From Archangium sp. (GTDB lineage Bacteria; Myxococcota; Myxococcia; Myxococcales; Myxococcaceae), in the NCBI GenBank assembly GCA_031367385.1, contig JANLPS010000514.1:1-64000 (forward strand): a stretch of 64,000 nt of DNA, given 5' to 3'. The translations under genes and the position numbers were made by a program. The notes under the pieces were generated by a model that worked only from the letters and a program-made list of their open reading frames with translations, was not told the origin of the DNA and ran no database searches. Shown piece by piece: positions 10,212 to 19,775 of this stretch. Position 1 is the stretch's first letter, and each line of letters starts with the position of its first letter.

Positions 10212-11120
10212 ATGAGCACTCCTGTCGTCACGCAAAGGCCCTGGGGCGGTTTCGCCTGGGTCACCCTCGCCTACATCGTCGCCATCACCGTCGCGGGTCT
10301 CACGCTTCGCTTCGTACCGTCAGATTGGCACGTACTGGCTGCTGCCGCGGCCGCCGATGTCGCTGCGACGCTTGCCATCTTTGCCTTCTCGCGCGGGCTC
10401 AACAACACGAGCGTCTACGATGCCTACTGGAGCGTCGCGCCAATGGTGATCGCCTTTTACCTCGCGCTCGGCCCCGGGCGCGGCCGCGGGCTCGATGCGC
10501 GGCAGCTCATCGTGCTGAGCCTGGTGAGCTTCTACGCGATACGCCTGACGTGGAACTGGGCGCGCGGGTGGTCGGGCCTCGGCCACGAGGATTGGCGCTA
10601 CGTGCAGATGCGCGAGGCAATGCCCAAGGCGTACTGGCTGGTGAGCTTGACCGGGTTGCACCTCTTCCCCACGGTGATGGTGCTGCTGGGGGTGTTGCCG
10701 CTCTACGCCGCGTTGGTCACCGGCGCCGACGGCCTGAACCCGCTCGACGTGGTGGCCGCCCTGGTCACGCTCGGCGCTGTGTTGCTCGAAGGCATCGCCG
10801 ACAACCAACTGCGCGCCTTTCGGAGCGACCCAGCCAATACGGGTCGCATCTGCGACGTTGGGCTGTGGGCCTCTTCGCGGCACCCGAACTACTTCGGCGA
10901 GATACTCTTCTGGTGCGGGTTGTTTCTCTTCGGCCTCGCCGCCGGAGCCCCCGCGTGGATGGCGGTGGGCCCAGCGGTGATGGTCGGTCTCTTCGTCGGC
11001 GCCTCGATACCGATGTCAGAGAAGCGCTCGCTCCAACGGCGGCCTGAATACGCAGAGCATCAGCGCAGGGTGTCGATGCTGGTGCCCTGGTTCCCCAAGC
11101 CGAAACTCCGTTCGTCCTGA
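10212..11120 (+). CDS. DUF1295 / steroid 5-alpha-reductase-like membrane protein
   Basis: Motifs YDAYWS, HEDWRY and GLWASSRHPNYFGE. Confidence 0.88.
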   Translation: MSTPVVTQRPWGGFAWVTLAYIVAITVAGLTLRFVPSDWHVLAAAAAADVAATLAIFAFSRGLNNTSVYDAYWSVAPMVIAFYLALGPGRGRGLDARQLIVLSLVSFYAIRLTWNWARGWSGLGHEDWRYVQMREAMPKAYWLVSLTGLHLFPTVMVLLGVLPLYAALVTGADGLNPLDVVAALVTLGAVLLEGIADNQLRAFRSDPANTGRICDVGLWASSRHPNYFGEILFWCGLFLFGLAAGAPAWMAVGPAVMVGLFVGASIPMSEKRSLQRRPEYAEHQRRVSMLVPWFPKPKLRSS

Positions 11121-11148
11121 GCGAAGACGACGGACCCTCGGGTCTCGC

Positions 11149-11847
11149 TCACGCGAGGTCGAACAACAGCACTTCGCCACTCGACCTACCCTTGAGCTCA
11201 ATCGCAGGCTCATCAGCGAAGCTCGCGCCGTCACCCGCCTTGAGCGTCTGCCCATTCACCGAGACCTCGCCCTTGGCGACCTGCAACCACGCGAAGCGGC
11301 CTTTCGGCAGTGGGTAGCTGACCGAGTCAGTGGCCTCGAGCACGGTGGCAAACACCTTCGCGTCGGCGTTCACCTTCAGTGAATTCGCCGACCCGTCAGG
11401 CGACGCAATCAGCCGCAGCTGCCCACGCTTCTCTTCGGGCGTGAAGCGCTTCTCTTCGTACCCCGGAGCGATGCCCTCGGTGTCGGGCACCAACCAGATT
11501 TGCAAAAAGTGCACATCATTCGCCTTCGAACCATTGAACTCGGAGTGCCGAACCCCGGTGCCCGCACTCATGCGCTGCACATCGCCCGGTTTGAGCACCG
11601 AGCCGGTGCCCATCGAATCTTTGTGTGCGAGCTCACCATCGAGCACGTACGACAGAATCTCCATGTCGCGATGGCCGTGGGTGCCGAAGCCCATGCCGGG
11701 TTTGACGCGGTCTTCGTTGATGACGCGAAGCGCGCGGAAGCCCATCTGGGCCTCGTCGTAGTACTCGGCGAACGAGAACGTGTGCTTGCTGTCGAGCCAG
11801 CCGTGGTCTGCGCCGCCTCGGTCTGCTGCTTTTCGGAGTGTGATCAT
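11149..11847 (-). CDS. Pirin family protein (YhhW-like)
   Basis: HGWLDSKHTFSFA, LRVINED, HGHRDMEI and MSAGTGVRHSEFN. Confidence 0.93.
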   Translation of the reverse strand: MITLRKAADRGGADHGWLDSKHTFSFAEYYDEAQMGFRALRVINEDRVKPGMGFGTHGHRDMEILSYVLDGELAHKDSMGTGSVLKPGDVQRMSAGTGVRHSEFNGSKANDVHFLQIWLVPDTEGIAPGYEEKRFTPEEKRGQLRLIASPDGSANSLKVNADAKVFATVLEATDSVSYPLPKGRFAWLQVAKGEVSVNGQTLKAGDGASFADEPAIELKGRSSGEVLLFDLA

Positions 11848-11915
11848 GGTCTCACCATCAGCATGATTTGCGCCGCCGCAAGCGACTGCTTTTACATCTC
11901 GAGTTCGCCCAATTG

Positions 11916-11932
11916 CATCATACAGATAGATG
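11916..11932. promoter_or_regulatory. Putative LysR-type T-N11-A box upstream of pirin
   Basis: Dyad CATC-ATACAGATA-GATG in an AT-rich patch about 70 bp upstream of the pirin start. Confidence 0.35.
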
Positions 11933-11979
11933 TTCAACATCATTTTGAGAGCCAGCGCCGCACTCATTGCTGCCCCGCG

Positions 11980-12149
11980 GGCATCGCGTCGGCCCTCGAG
12001 AAGCTGAGCACCCTGCTTCTTGAGCGCCAGCACCGCCGCGTTGATCATCGCGGTGGCCAGCGCCCGGCCCCGGAGTCTCCCAAGAGCGCCTCGAGCGCAC
12101 CCCACAAGCGGGGCGTCAGCGGCTTGATCACGGGTTGGCCTGGTTTCAC
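11980..12149 (-). pseudogene. Internally deleted GNAT acetyltransferase remnant
   Basis: One frame reads VKPGQPVIKPLTPRLWGALEALLGDSGA (GNAT-type N-terminus). It joins out of frame to RGRALATAMINAAVLALKKQGAQLLEG (acetyl-CoA motif A/B region). Confidence 0.5.
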
Positions 12150-12216
12150 GGGCCGTCTGATCGCCTGTACGGAAACTTACGACCTGGGCTGGTCGCACTA
12201 GAGTTTCTCCACTGAC

Positions 12217-15200
12217 TTGCGGGCCCCCCTTCTCTCCATCGTTGTGCTCGCCGTCATGGGCGCCGGCCAGGCGTGGGCCGAGCCCACCGACAGCACGTGG
12301 AAGAAGTCGTTCTTGCTCTCGCGCGCGGGTGACGCGTGGGCGAAAGGGCGCTTTCCCGAGGCAGAGAAATTGTACGGCACGGTGCTCGGGCTCGACCCTG
12401 ACGACGAGACGTCGCTGATTCACATCGCGGTGCTCCAGAAGAAACGAGGTCAGCTCGACAAAGCGATCGCCTCCCTCGCCCGCGGAGCGGCGGCTCACCC
12501 CACCAGCTTTGCCTTGCAATTCGAGCTCGGCGCGGCGCTGCTGGGCGCGAACAAACCAGCCGAAGCCGTGGCCCCTCTCCAAGCCGCGGCGGCCGCCAAC
12601 CCGAAGAGCCTCGATGCTCGGGTGAATCTGGGTGATGCGCTCTCACTCACCTCGCAGCGTGAGGCCGCTTACCCGGTGTACGAAGCGGCGGTTCAAATCG
12701 ACCCCACGTCGGGGTGGGCACAGCGTCAGCTCGGGTCTTGCGCGTTCGAGCTGCATCGCCCGGCGCAGGCGATCACCCATTTGACGCTGGCAAAGCCCAC
12801 CTTCCCCACCGACTGGAACCTGGAGCTCGCGTTGGGGCACGCCAACCTCGAGCTCGGCAACGACGCGGCCGCGCTCGAGGCGTATCAACGGGTGAGCACC
12901 CTCGCTCCGCAGAATGAGGCGGGCCCTCTGTTCGCCGGCATCGCGCTCGAGAAAGTGGGCCGACTCGAAGAGGCGCAGCGTCGCTATGAAAAAGCGGTGG
13001 CGCTCAAGCCGACCTCGGCCTCGTCGCGCATTCACCTCGCCAACTTGTTGCGAGCGATGAAGCTGAATGACGCCGCGCGCGTGCACTACGACGCCGCGCT
13101 GAAGGCCGAACCACGAAACGTGTGGGGCCTGACGCAGCTGGGCTTTCTCGAGCTCGACACGAATCACCCCGCGCGCGCGCAGGTGCTGTTGGGGCGGGCG
13201 GTGGCGCTCAACCCGAATGACCCTGATCTGGGCGTTGGCCTGGGCGACGCGTATCAGGCCCTCAACAAGACGACCGAGGCGCGACGAGCCTATGAGGCCG
13301 TGCTCTCGCACCAACCGACCCACCTCGCTGCGTTGATCAAATCGGCCGACGTGCTCCGCTCAACCGGAGAGCTCGAGATCGCGCACAAGCGTTACGCCGA
13401 CGCCGCCCGCCTTCACCCGCGCAGCGCCTGGGCCTTGATTTCACTCGGAGATTCGCTGCGCCTGGCCGGCAAGCTCGACGAGGCAAAAGCCAAGTACGAG
13501 GCCGCGTTGGCCAATGATCCAGCCTCGAGTTGGGCTCAGCGGCAGCTCGGGTATGCGCTGTTCGAGCTCGGCGATGATCTCGGTGCCTGGTCGCGGCTCT
13601 CACCCCTCGGCGGGCCAGAGGCGAAGGAGCCTGATCTGCTGTTGGTGCTCGGTCACCTCGCCGTGCGCCGCAAGGCCTTCGATGAAGCGATGTCATTCTA
13701 CGAGCGGGCGCGGGCGATTCGCGGGCAGCACGCGCCGACGTACTTGTACCTGGCTGATCTCTACCAACGCCGCGAAGACCTGCCCGCCGCTGAGCTCGCG
13801 CTGACCCAGGCCCTCAGCCTCGAGCCCAAGTTCGCCGACGCGTTGATTTTGCAAGGCGACGTGCTGCGACAAAGCGCGGCGGGCCCGCTGAAGGGCACAC
13901 CCAGCGAAGCGCAAGCGACCCTGCTTCGCGCGCGGGAGTCGTACCAGAAGGCCCTGATCATCGAGCCCAAGCAGTCGTGGGCCAAGCATCAGCTGGGGGA
14001 GCTCGCCGCCGAGCTGGGCGAGAACGAGACGGCCGAGAAATTGCTCACCGAGGTTCGGCCGCTGTACCCGACCGATGGCCAGCTCGTGCTGTTGCTCGGC
14101 CACCTCGCGGCGAAGCGTGATGACGCGCAGGCGGCGTACCGTGCCTACCTCGATTCGACCGCGCTGATGCCCAACGACGTGCGGCCGTGGGTCTTCGCGG
14201 GTCGTTCAGCGTTGTCACTCGCGCAGTACGAACGTGCCGATGGGCTCTTCGTCGAGGGCCTCAAGGTCGACCCCACGTCAGGCTGGGCGAACCTGGAGCG
14301 CGGCTATGGCCAACGCCTGCGCCGCGATTTCCCCGGGGCGCTCGAGAGCGCAAGCAAGGCGACCCGCTACGAGCCCAAAAACCCCGAGGCCTGGTTGTTC
14401 TTGGGCCGCTTGCGCCAGGAGCAAAAGGAGTTCGAGGCCGCCTTGGTCGCGTACGAAAAGGCGAGCGCCCTGGCGCCGCTGAGCGCCTTAACCGATCGCG
14501 CGTTGGCGAGCGCCCTCACCAATCGCGGCAAGCCAGCCGATCTGATCCGCGCCGAGGGGTTGATGAAGCGCCCGCTCCAGGAGCTCGACACGGTCGGCTA
14601 CACGCACGCGGTGGCCGGGTACACCTACGTCAAGCTTGCGAAGACACCCGAGACCAACCTGCCTGCGCCCGAAGGGCCTGAGACACGCGAAAATCGAAAA
14701 AATCGCTGGAGCGAAATGGGGGCGTTCGAGCTGACCCGCGCGCTCGAGCTCGCGCCCGAAGACCGCAGCATGCGGCTCGCGGCGGCCGTGGCGTTCGCGG
14801 AGCTTGGGCGTGACGTGCTCTCGCGCGAGACCATCACGCCCCTGCTCGAGGGCGGCACCAAAGAGTGCCCCGCCGACGAGTGGAGCTGGAACTGGGACGG
14901 CAAGTCTCCCGCCACCAAGCTGCCCCCCGCGGAGACGCCGGCCGAAGTGCTGCGACGTGAAGAGGAGCAGCTGCGAGCCGAAGCACATCTGCTGTCGGGC
15001 GATTTGTACGCTCGCGCAGAGAAGGCCGCTGGCCTCGAGGTCGAGTCACCAGGCCTCAAGGCCCGGCTCGAATATTTCTGCGCGCTCGCCTACTTGCCGT
15101 CGAGCGCCGAGACCCACCTGCGCTTGGCCGCGTCGTACGAAGCGGTCGCTTTGCTGCGCCTGGCCGAGATTCATTTTCTCGCCGCGGGTCAGCTCGACCC

Positions 15201-16263
15201 CGCCATCGCCGCCGCCCAAAACCTCGAGCGGTTGCGCAAAGAAGGCGGGTTCCCCATCGGGCCGTTTCGCGCGTCGGGCGCGGTGCTGTTCTCGTCAGAT
15301 ACGGTGCCAGGCGAGGTGCAGTCTCGGCTCGGCCAGTCGCTCGCCTATGACACCGCAGACCGTCAGCGCACCCTGCTCACCACCCCGCGCACGCTCGCGC
15401 TCCAGGCCGAGGCCACCGGCCAAAGGGCGTCGTGGCAGAGCAAGCTACGGCTCGGCGTCGGGTATCAATTTGCCTGGGGCTTCAACCAATTTCTCAATGA
15501 TCAGCTGACCTTCGAAGATCGCCAGTCGCACCGCCTCGAGCTGTTCGCCGCCGGCCGGTACGGTGACTTCGAAGATCGCCGCTACGAGCTGAGCTGGCGC
15601 GCGGGCTATCGCTTGACCTACGCGAGCGCGACGACCCGAAGCGAGCTGCGAAATCAGGTTTACGGCCAGGCCAGGTTGTTGCGAGTCGACTGGGGCACCG
15701 CAGACGCGGAGCTGGCCTATGAGCTCGGCAGCTACTTCCCCTCCGCGGTGTCGACGGTCAACGACCGCACGGGTCACTCGGGGCTGTTCGGCGTGCGGGT
15801 CAACCCCTTGCTGCGCAGGTATTCGATCGAGCTCTCGTTCGGCTACCGCGGGCAGATCGTGTGGCTGGTGCCGTCGCAGCGCACCATCTGGCTGCATGAG
15901 CTGCTCTTCGACGGCCGCAAGTCATGGCTGCACTGGTTCTTGGGCGCAGACGTTCGCGGAGGCCTCACCACCGACAGCCAGCCGTTGATCGGCGCCGGGT
16001 CGATCGCCATGCGAGGCACCTTCGGCTACGCGTGGACGGGGTACTCCCGGGTGCTTGGCCGGGCGGGCGTGTCATTGGTGCCCGCGCAAAGCGTGTGGAA
16101 CAGCGTGCTGATCGGCGTGGCCGGTGATCACCGCTTCGTCTTTCGCGGCCTCGGCGGAGCGGATCAGGGCCTCGCGATCGGCGCCTCGTACGATGTGCGA
16201 ATCACCTATGGCCTCGGCCGCGCAGAGCACCTGGTCAGCGCGGTCGTGACGCTCGGCCGATAG
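12217..16263 (+). CDS. Large secreted TPR-repeat protein with probable C-terminal outer-membrane beta-barrel
   Basis: Signal peptide (AWA|EP), more than 20 TPR-like repeats, and a last ~330 aa of amphipathic beta strands. Confidence 0.8.
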   Translation: MRAPLLSIVVLAVMGAGQAWAEPTDSTWKKSFLLSRAGDAWAKGRFPEAEKLYGTVLGLDPDDETSLIHIAVLQKKRGQLDKAIASLARGAAAHPTSFALQFELGAALLGANKPAEAVAPLQAAAAANPKSLDARVNLGDALSLTSQREAAYPVYEAAVQIDPTSGWAQRQLGSCAFELHRPAQAITHLTLAKPTFPTDWNLELALGHANLELGNDAAALEAYQRVSTLAPQNEAGPLFAGIALEKVGRLEEAQRRYEKAVALKPTSASSRIHLANLLRAMKLNDAARVHYDAALKAEPRNVWGLTQLGFLELDTNHPARAQVLLGRAVALNPNDPDLGVGLGDAYQALNKTTEARRAYEAVLSHQPTHLAALIKSADVLRSTGELEIAHKRYADAARLHPRSAWALISLGDSLRLAGKLDEAKAKYEAALANDPASSWAQRQLGYALFELGDDLGAWSRLSPLGGPEAKEPDLLLVLGHLAVRRKAFDEAMSFYERARAIRGQHAPTYLYLADLYQRREDLPAAELALTQALSLEPKFADALILQGDVLRQSAAGPLKGTPSEAQATLLRARESYQKALIIEPKQSWAKHQLGELAAELGENETAEKLLTEVRPLYPTDGQLVLLLGHLAAKRDDAQAAYRAYLDSTALMPNDVRPWVFAGRSALSLAQYERADGLFVEGLKVDPTSGWANLERGYGQRLRRDFPGALESASKATRYEPKNPEAWLFLGRLRQEQKEFEAALVAYEKASALAPLSALTDRALASALTNRGKPADLIRAEGLMKRPLQELDTVGYTHAVAGYTYVKLAKTPETNLPAPEGPETRENRKNRWSEMGAFELTRALELAPEDRSMRLAAAVAFAELGRDVLSRETITPLLEGGTKECPADEWSWNWDGKSPATKLPPAETPAEVLRREEEQLRAEAHLLSGDLYARAEKAAGLEVESPGLKARLEYFCALAYLPSSAETHLRLAASYEAVALLRLAEIHFLAAGQLDPAIAAAQNLERLRKEGGFPIGPFRASGAVLFSSDTVPGEVQSRLGQSLAYDTADRQRTLLTTPRTLALQAEATGQRASWQSKLRLGVGYQFAWGFNQFLNDQLTFEDRQSHRLELFAAGRYGDFEDRRYELSWRAGYRLTYASATTRSELRNQVYGQARLLRVDWGTADAELAYELGSYFPSAVSTVNDRTGHSGLFGVRVNPLLRRYSIELSFGYRGQIVWLVPSQRTIWLHELLFDGRKSWLHWFLGADVRGGLTTDSQPLIGAGSIAMRGTFGYAWTGYSRVLGRAGVSLVPAQSVWNSVLIGVAGDHRFVFRGLGGADQGLAIGASYDVRITYGLGRAEHLVSAVVTLGR

Positions 16264-16264
16264 C

Positions 16265-16361
16265 TGTGCAACCGGCTGCACAACAGCTGCAGTGACGTGC
16301 AGGGCGGCGGTCGTACAAGGCGCTGAAACCACGCTGATTTTTGCTCGGCATCACGGCTGCT
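16265..16361 (+). promoter_or_regulatory. sigma54 promoter with tandem UAS for the desaturase gene
   Basis: CGGCATCACGGCTGC (GG-N10-GC, 16347-16360), two TGCA-N6-TGCA dyads (16265-16282, 16287-16302), and an IHF-like GCTGATTTT between them and the promoter. Confidence 0.6.
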
Positions 16362-16373
16362 CAGTGGGCCGGC

Positions 16374-17423
16374 ATGCCCTCCACCGAACCTCACACCCTC
16401 TCTGCTGCTCGTCATGCGCTCTCAGATCTCTATCAACCGCGGCCCGCGCGCTTCTGGGCCGAGCTGCTCGGCAACGCACTCGTCGGGTGGGTCAGCATCG
16501 CGCTGGCGATCAACGACGTCGGCGGCGTGGCGGGCTCCTCAATCGCGATGCTGGTGGCGGTGTTCGCGCTGCATCGCGCCACGACGTTTCTCCACGAGCT
16601 GAGCCACACGAATGACCGCGCGTTGCCGCTGGTCAGGCTGGGGTGGAACGTGCTGTGGGGCCTGCCCTTCTTGCTGCCCTCATGGCTGTACGAGCGCATG
16701 CACCTCGAGCACCACCGCCGTCGTATTTACGGCACGACGAATGATCCCGAATACCTCCCGCTGGCGCGCATGAGCCCGACGCGAATCATCAGCCTCGGCT
16801 CACTGGGCATCTTCTTGCCGGTGGTGTTGGTGCTGAGGTTCATGGTGCTCACGCCGTTGGCGTGGCTGTTCACGCCAGTGCGCCGGCTGGTCGATGCGCG
16901 GTTCTCGACGCTGGCCACCAACCCGAACTGGGTGACGCCGACGCCCGATGCGAAGTTGTTGCGACGCATGCGCCGTGACGAGGTGATCATCTTCGCCGTG
17001 ACCTGGTCGCTCGCGATCGCCGTGAGCGTGAACCTGCTCAACCTTCGGGCGCTCGCCGTACCTCTGTTGGTGATGTTCGGAGCCGTCGTCTGCAACCAAC
17101 TGCGGGCTCTCGCCGCGCACCGCTTCGAGCGCGATGGCAGTGAAGGCGACGAGCAGACGATGCTCACCGACTGCCTCAACGTCGAAGCGCAGAACCCGTT
17201 CGAGCGGCTGCTGTTGCCGATGGGCGTGGGGCTGCACGCGCTGCACCACTTCGCGCCGGCGATACCGTTTCACAACCTGCGGCGCGCGCATCGGCGGCTC
17301 CGCGAGGCGCTGGTGTTCAGCGACCGGTATCGAGAAGCCGACTCACCTGGCTTGATGCGCACCGTGGGGCGGCTGCTGCAGAACGCGGGGCAGGCGAAAT
17401 CGACGACAGCGGCGCTTCAGTGA
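16374..17423 (+). CDS. Membrane fatty acid desaturase family protein
   Basis: Three His boxes (HELSH, HLEHH, HALHH) and TM segments. Confidence 0.88.
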   Translation: MPSTEPHTLSAARHALSDLYQPRPARFWAELLGNALVGWVSIALAINDVGGVAGSSIAMLVAVFALHRATTFLHELSHTNDRALPLVRLGWNVLWGLPFLLPSWLYERMHLEHHRRRIYGTTNDPEYLPLARMSPTRIISLGSLGIFLPVVLVLRFMVLTPLAWLFTPVRRLVDARFSTLATNPNWVTPTPDAKLLRRMRRDEVIIFAVTWSLAIAVSVNLLNLRALAVPLLVMFGAVVCNQLRALAAHRFERDGSEGDEQTMLTDCLNVEAQNPFERLLLPMGVGLHALHHFAPAIPFHNLRRAHRRLREALVFSDRYREADSPGLMRTVGRLLQNAGQAKSTTAALQ

Positions 17424-18271
17424 CCGGCGTACCCAAGCACGCGAACCACGTCGTCAGTGACGGTCTGACTTTCTTGCAGCCCCATCGCCCCTGCGTGGGT
17501 CACGCCTTGAACCACGATGTTCTCTGCACCGATCAAGAAGGTCGAGTCGTTGGGTACCGTCGTATCAGCGCTGCCTGCAATGGTGACCCACACGGTCGGC
17601 CCCGGAGTGGCCGGGGGCGCGTTGAGCGCCGCGATGAACGGCTGGGTGGCGCAGATCTCTTTGAAGGTGCACGAAGGCGGGTACGGCACCGGGTTGGTCG
17701 CGCCGAGGCACACCAGGCCGGTCAGCCCATGGTTCATGCCGCCCAGCGAGACGAAGGTGTTGACCTGTGCGGTGCCGCCGAGATCTTTGAGAAATCGCCG
17801 TGAGCTCAAGGTGCCCATCGAATGCGCGACGAGATCGATTCGGGTGGTGTGGGTCGTCGCCATCAGCTCGTTGGCCCACATCTGAATCGTGGCCGCGTTG
17901 TCGGTATTGCAGCCGTACTTCGGGTCGCTGAAGGTGCGCGCCATCAACCGCTCCGCCGGGTACCCGAGCGCCTTGAAGCGCGAGATCATCGTCGCCCAAT
18001 CGGCCGCGCTGCCATTGATGCCGTGAATGAAGAGCACCGGGTCAGGCAGCCCTCCGTCGTTCACGGTGCCCGCATCGAGCACGCCCGCGTCGGCGAGGCT
18101 GCCCGCATCGAGCACGGTGCCTGCGTCGTTCGCGGCCTGGCCCGCATCGGCTGCAGGGTGGTTTGCGCCGGCGTCATGAGGCACCCCGGAGTCCGCTTGG
18201 CCTGAATCGACCGACCCACCACAGGCGCTGAGCACCAGCAGCGCAATCGACAGACGTGTGCGAATCGGCAT
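17417..18271 (-). CDS. Lipoprotein lipase/esterase (class 2 lipase-like alpha/beta hydrolase)
   Basis: Lipobox LSAC, DAG linker, PVLFIHG and an AHSMG nucleophile elbow. Confidence 0.88.
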   Translation of the reverse strand: MPIRTRLSIALLVLSACGGSVDSGQADSGVPHDAGANHPAADAGQAANDAGTVLDAGSLADAGVLDAGTVNDGGLPDPVLFIHGINGSAADWATMISRFKALGYPAERLMARTFSDPKYGCNTDNAATIQMWANELMATTHTTRIDLVAHSMGTLSSRRFLKDLGGTAQVNTFVSLGGMNHGLTGLVCLGATNPVPYPPSCTFKEICATQPFIAALNAPPATPGPTVWVTIAGSADTTVPNDSTFLIGAENIVVQGVTHAGAMGLQESQTVTDDVVRVLGYAGH

Positions 18272-18399
18272 GCGCGCGCCTTACCCTGTTTCGAGGTCTT
18301 ACAAAACTGCTGCAATTTCAGCCACATACAAGACGACTGCACAGCGGAGGGGTATCGTGTGTAAACCACCAAGCTGTCTTCTGCTCCCCCGGGCTCGCC

Positions 18400-19026
18400 A
18401 TGACCGTCGTCAACAACAACCCTTCGCGTGTCGGCTCGGCGACGAGAGAGACGTCGGCGGTCTCGATCAAGTTGGTGAAGCTGCCCGACGTGCCTGACGC
18501 GCAGAAGGTCGTCGTGAAGAAAGACGACACCCTGTGGGACATCGCCGCGGCACGGCTCGGCGCTGGTGCAAACAGCGCGCAGATCGCCCGGTACATCGAG
18601 GTGGTCAAAAAAGAGAACCCCAACATCTCGTCACCGCTGCGTGATGGCGGTAACCGCCTGTACCCTGGCGATGAGATCAAGATGCCTCCGACGAATTGGT
18701 CGGCCTTGAAGCCGAAGGGGCGCCCGGGAGATCAGACCGCGGCAGCCGCTGCAGCCAAGGCGCAGAACGACGCCAACGCGGCGCTGGTTCAGCAAAAAGA
18801 GGCGCAAGAGAAGAGCACGCTGAAGACCAACCTCGAGGCGGCGGTCGCGTTCGCGAATGACCCGGTGGTGCTGCAAAACGGGCTCAACGACGGGCAGAAG
18901 AACTTGGTGAATGCGCTGCTTGGCAAAGCCGAGCGCATCGCGCCTGAGCTGCTGGCGCTGCCCGCGGTGCAAGCCCTCAAGGCCAAGGCGAGCATGACCG
19001 CCGACGCCTCGGCCGACGCCCGCTAA
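18400..19026 (+). CDS. LysM-domain protein
   Basis: VVVKKDDTLWDIA...NP...NRLYPGDEIKMP followed by a helical C-terminus. Confidence 0.8.
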   Translation: MTVVNNNPSRVGSATRETSAVSIKLVKLPDVPDAQKVVVKKDDTLWDIAAARLGAGANSAQIARYIEVVKKENPNISSPLRDGGNRLYPGDEIKMPPTNWSALKPKGRPGDQTAAAAAAKAQNDANAALVQQKEAQEKSTLKTNLEAAVAFANDPVVLQNGLNDGQKNLVNALLGKAERIAPELLALPAVQALKAKASMTADASADAR

Positions 19027-19079
19027 AGGGAGCTTTCGTGCTGCACAGCGCGAGGCTTTCGCGGGTTGATGCCTTCGCC

Positions 19080-19190
19080 ATGAAAAAAGCCAAAGCCCCC
19101 GTTCTGTCGCTCGAGAAGCTCCGCACCCTCACCCCGGTTGAGACCCCGAAGGTCAAGGGCGGGTACGGCACCGGCGACGTCGACAACTGA
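19080..19190 (+). CDS. 36-aa double-glycine leader-type small peptide
   Basis: MKKAKAPVLSLEKLRTLTPVETPKVKGG-YGTGDVDN*. Third codon positions are strongly GC-biased, it fills an intergenic gap, and it has its own promoter-like motif. Confidence 0.7.
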   Translation: MKKAKAPVLSLEKLRTLTPVETPKVKGGYGTGDVDN

Positions 19191-19238
19191 AATTTCGCGT
19201 CTTCAGCCAGTGGGCGAGTCGGTTACTGTGCCGTGCCC

Positions 19239-19775
19239 ATGGCCAAGAACTGCGAAATTCCCAACGGAGAGCTGAGCGAATTCGACCTGCCTCGCGTGTG
19301 CGTGATGACGGGGTCGATGGAGACGATTGAGTTTCGCCCGGTGAAATTCGCCTGGTACCCACGTTGGGTCGGCAGCCTGGTGATCATCGCTTGGCCGCTG
19401 GCGCTGATCATGATGCAAGTGATGACCAAGCGCGTTAGCGGCAAGCTGCCCTTCAGCACGCCAGGCTGGGAGCGCTACCAACGCGGCAAGAAAATGAGCA
19501 TCGCCGCGGTGCTCTCGTTCTTCGTCGGTTTGATGGTCTGTGTCGCCGCGGGGGCCGCTGATCTGCCCGCGCTGATCTTCGTGGGGCTGGCCTTGGCGCT
19601 GATCGTGCCGTTGGTGCTGGTCATCGGCTTCACGCGCAACACCCGCATCAACGTCACGAAGATCACCGAGTCGCACATCACCTTGAAGCTGCCGAGCAAC
19701 GAGGCGAGCGATGCGTTCAGTGCACACCTCCAGGGCGGAGGCGTCCGCGCCGCCGTTCCGCTCCCCGTGCAATGA
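19239..19775 (+). CDS. Hypothetical membrane protein
   Basis: LPRVCVMTG motif and three hydrophobic segments; ATGA-coupled to the next gene. Confidence 0.7.
   Translation: MAKNCEIPNGELSEFDLPRVCVMTGSMETIEFRPVKFAWYPRWVGSLVIIAWPLALIMMQVMTKRVSGKLPFSTPGWERYQRGKKMSIAAVLSFFVGLMVCVAAGAADLPALIFVGLALALIVPLVLVIGFTRNTRINVTKITESHITLKLPSNEASDAFSAHLQGGGVRAAVPLPVQ

Noticed and set aside
11149..12582. 477-aa extended pirin ORF as a fusion protein
   Set aside because: The extension overlaps the TPR gene and the pseudogene remnant; the pirin domain starts at 11847.
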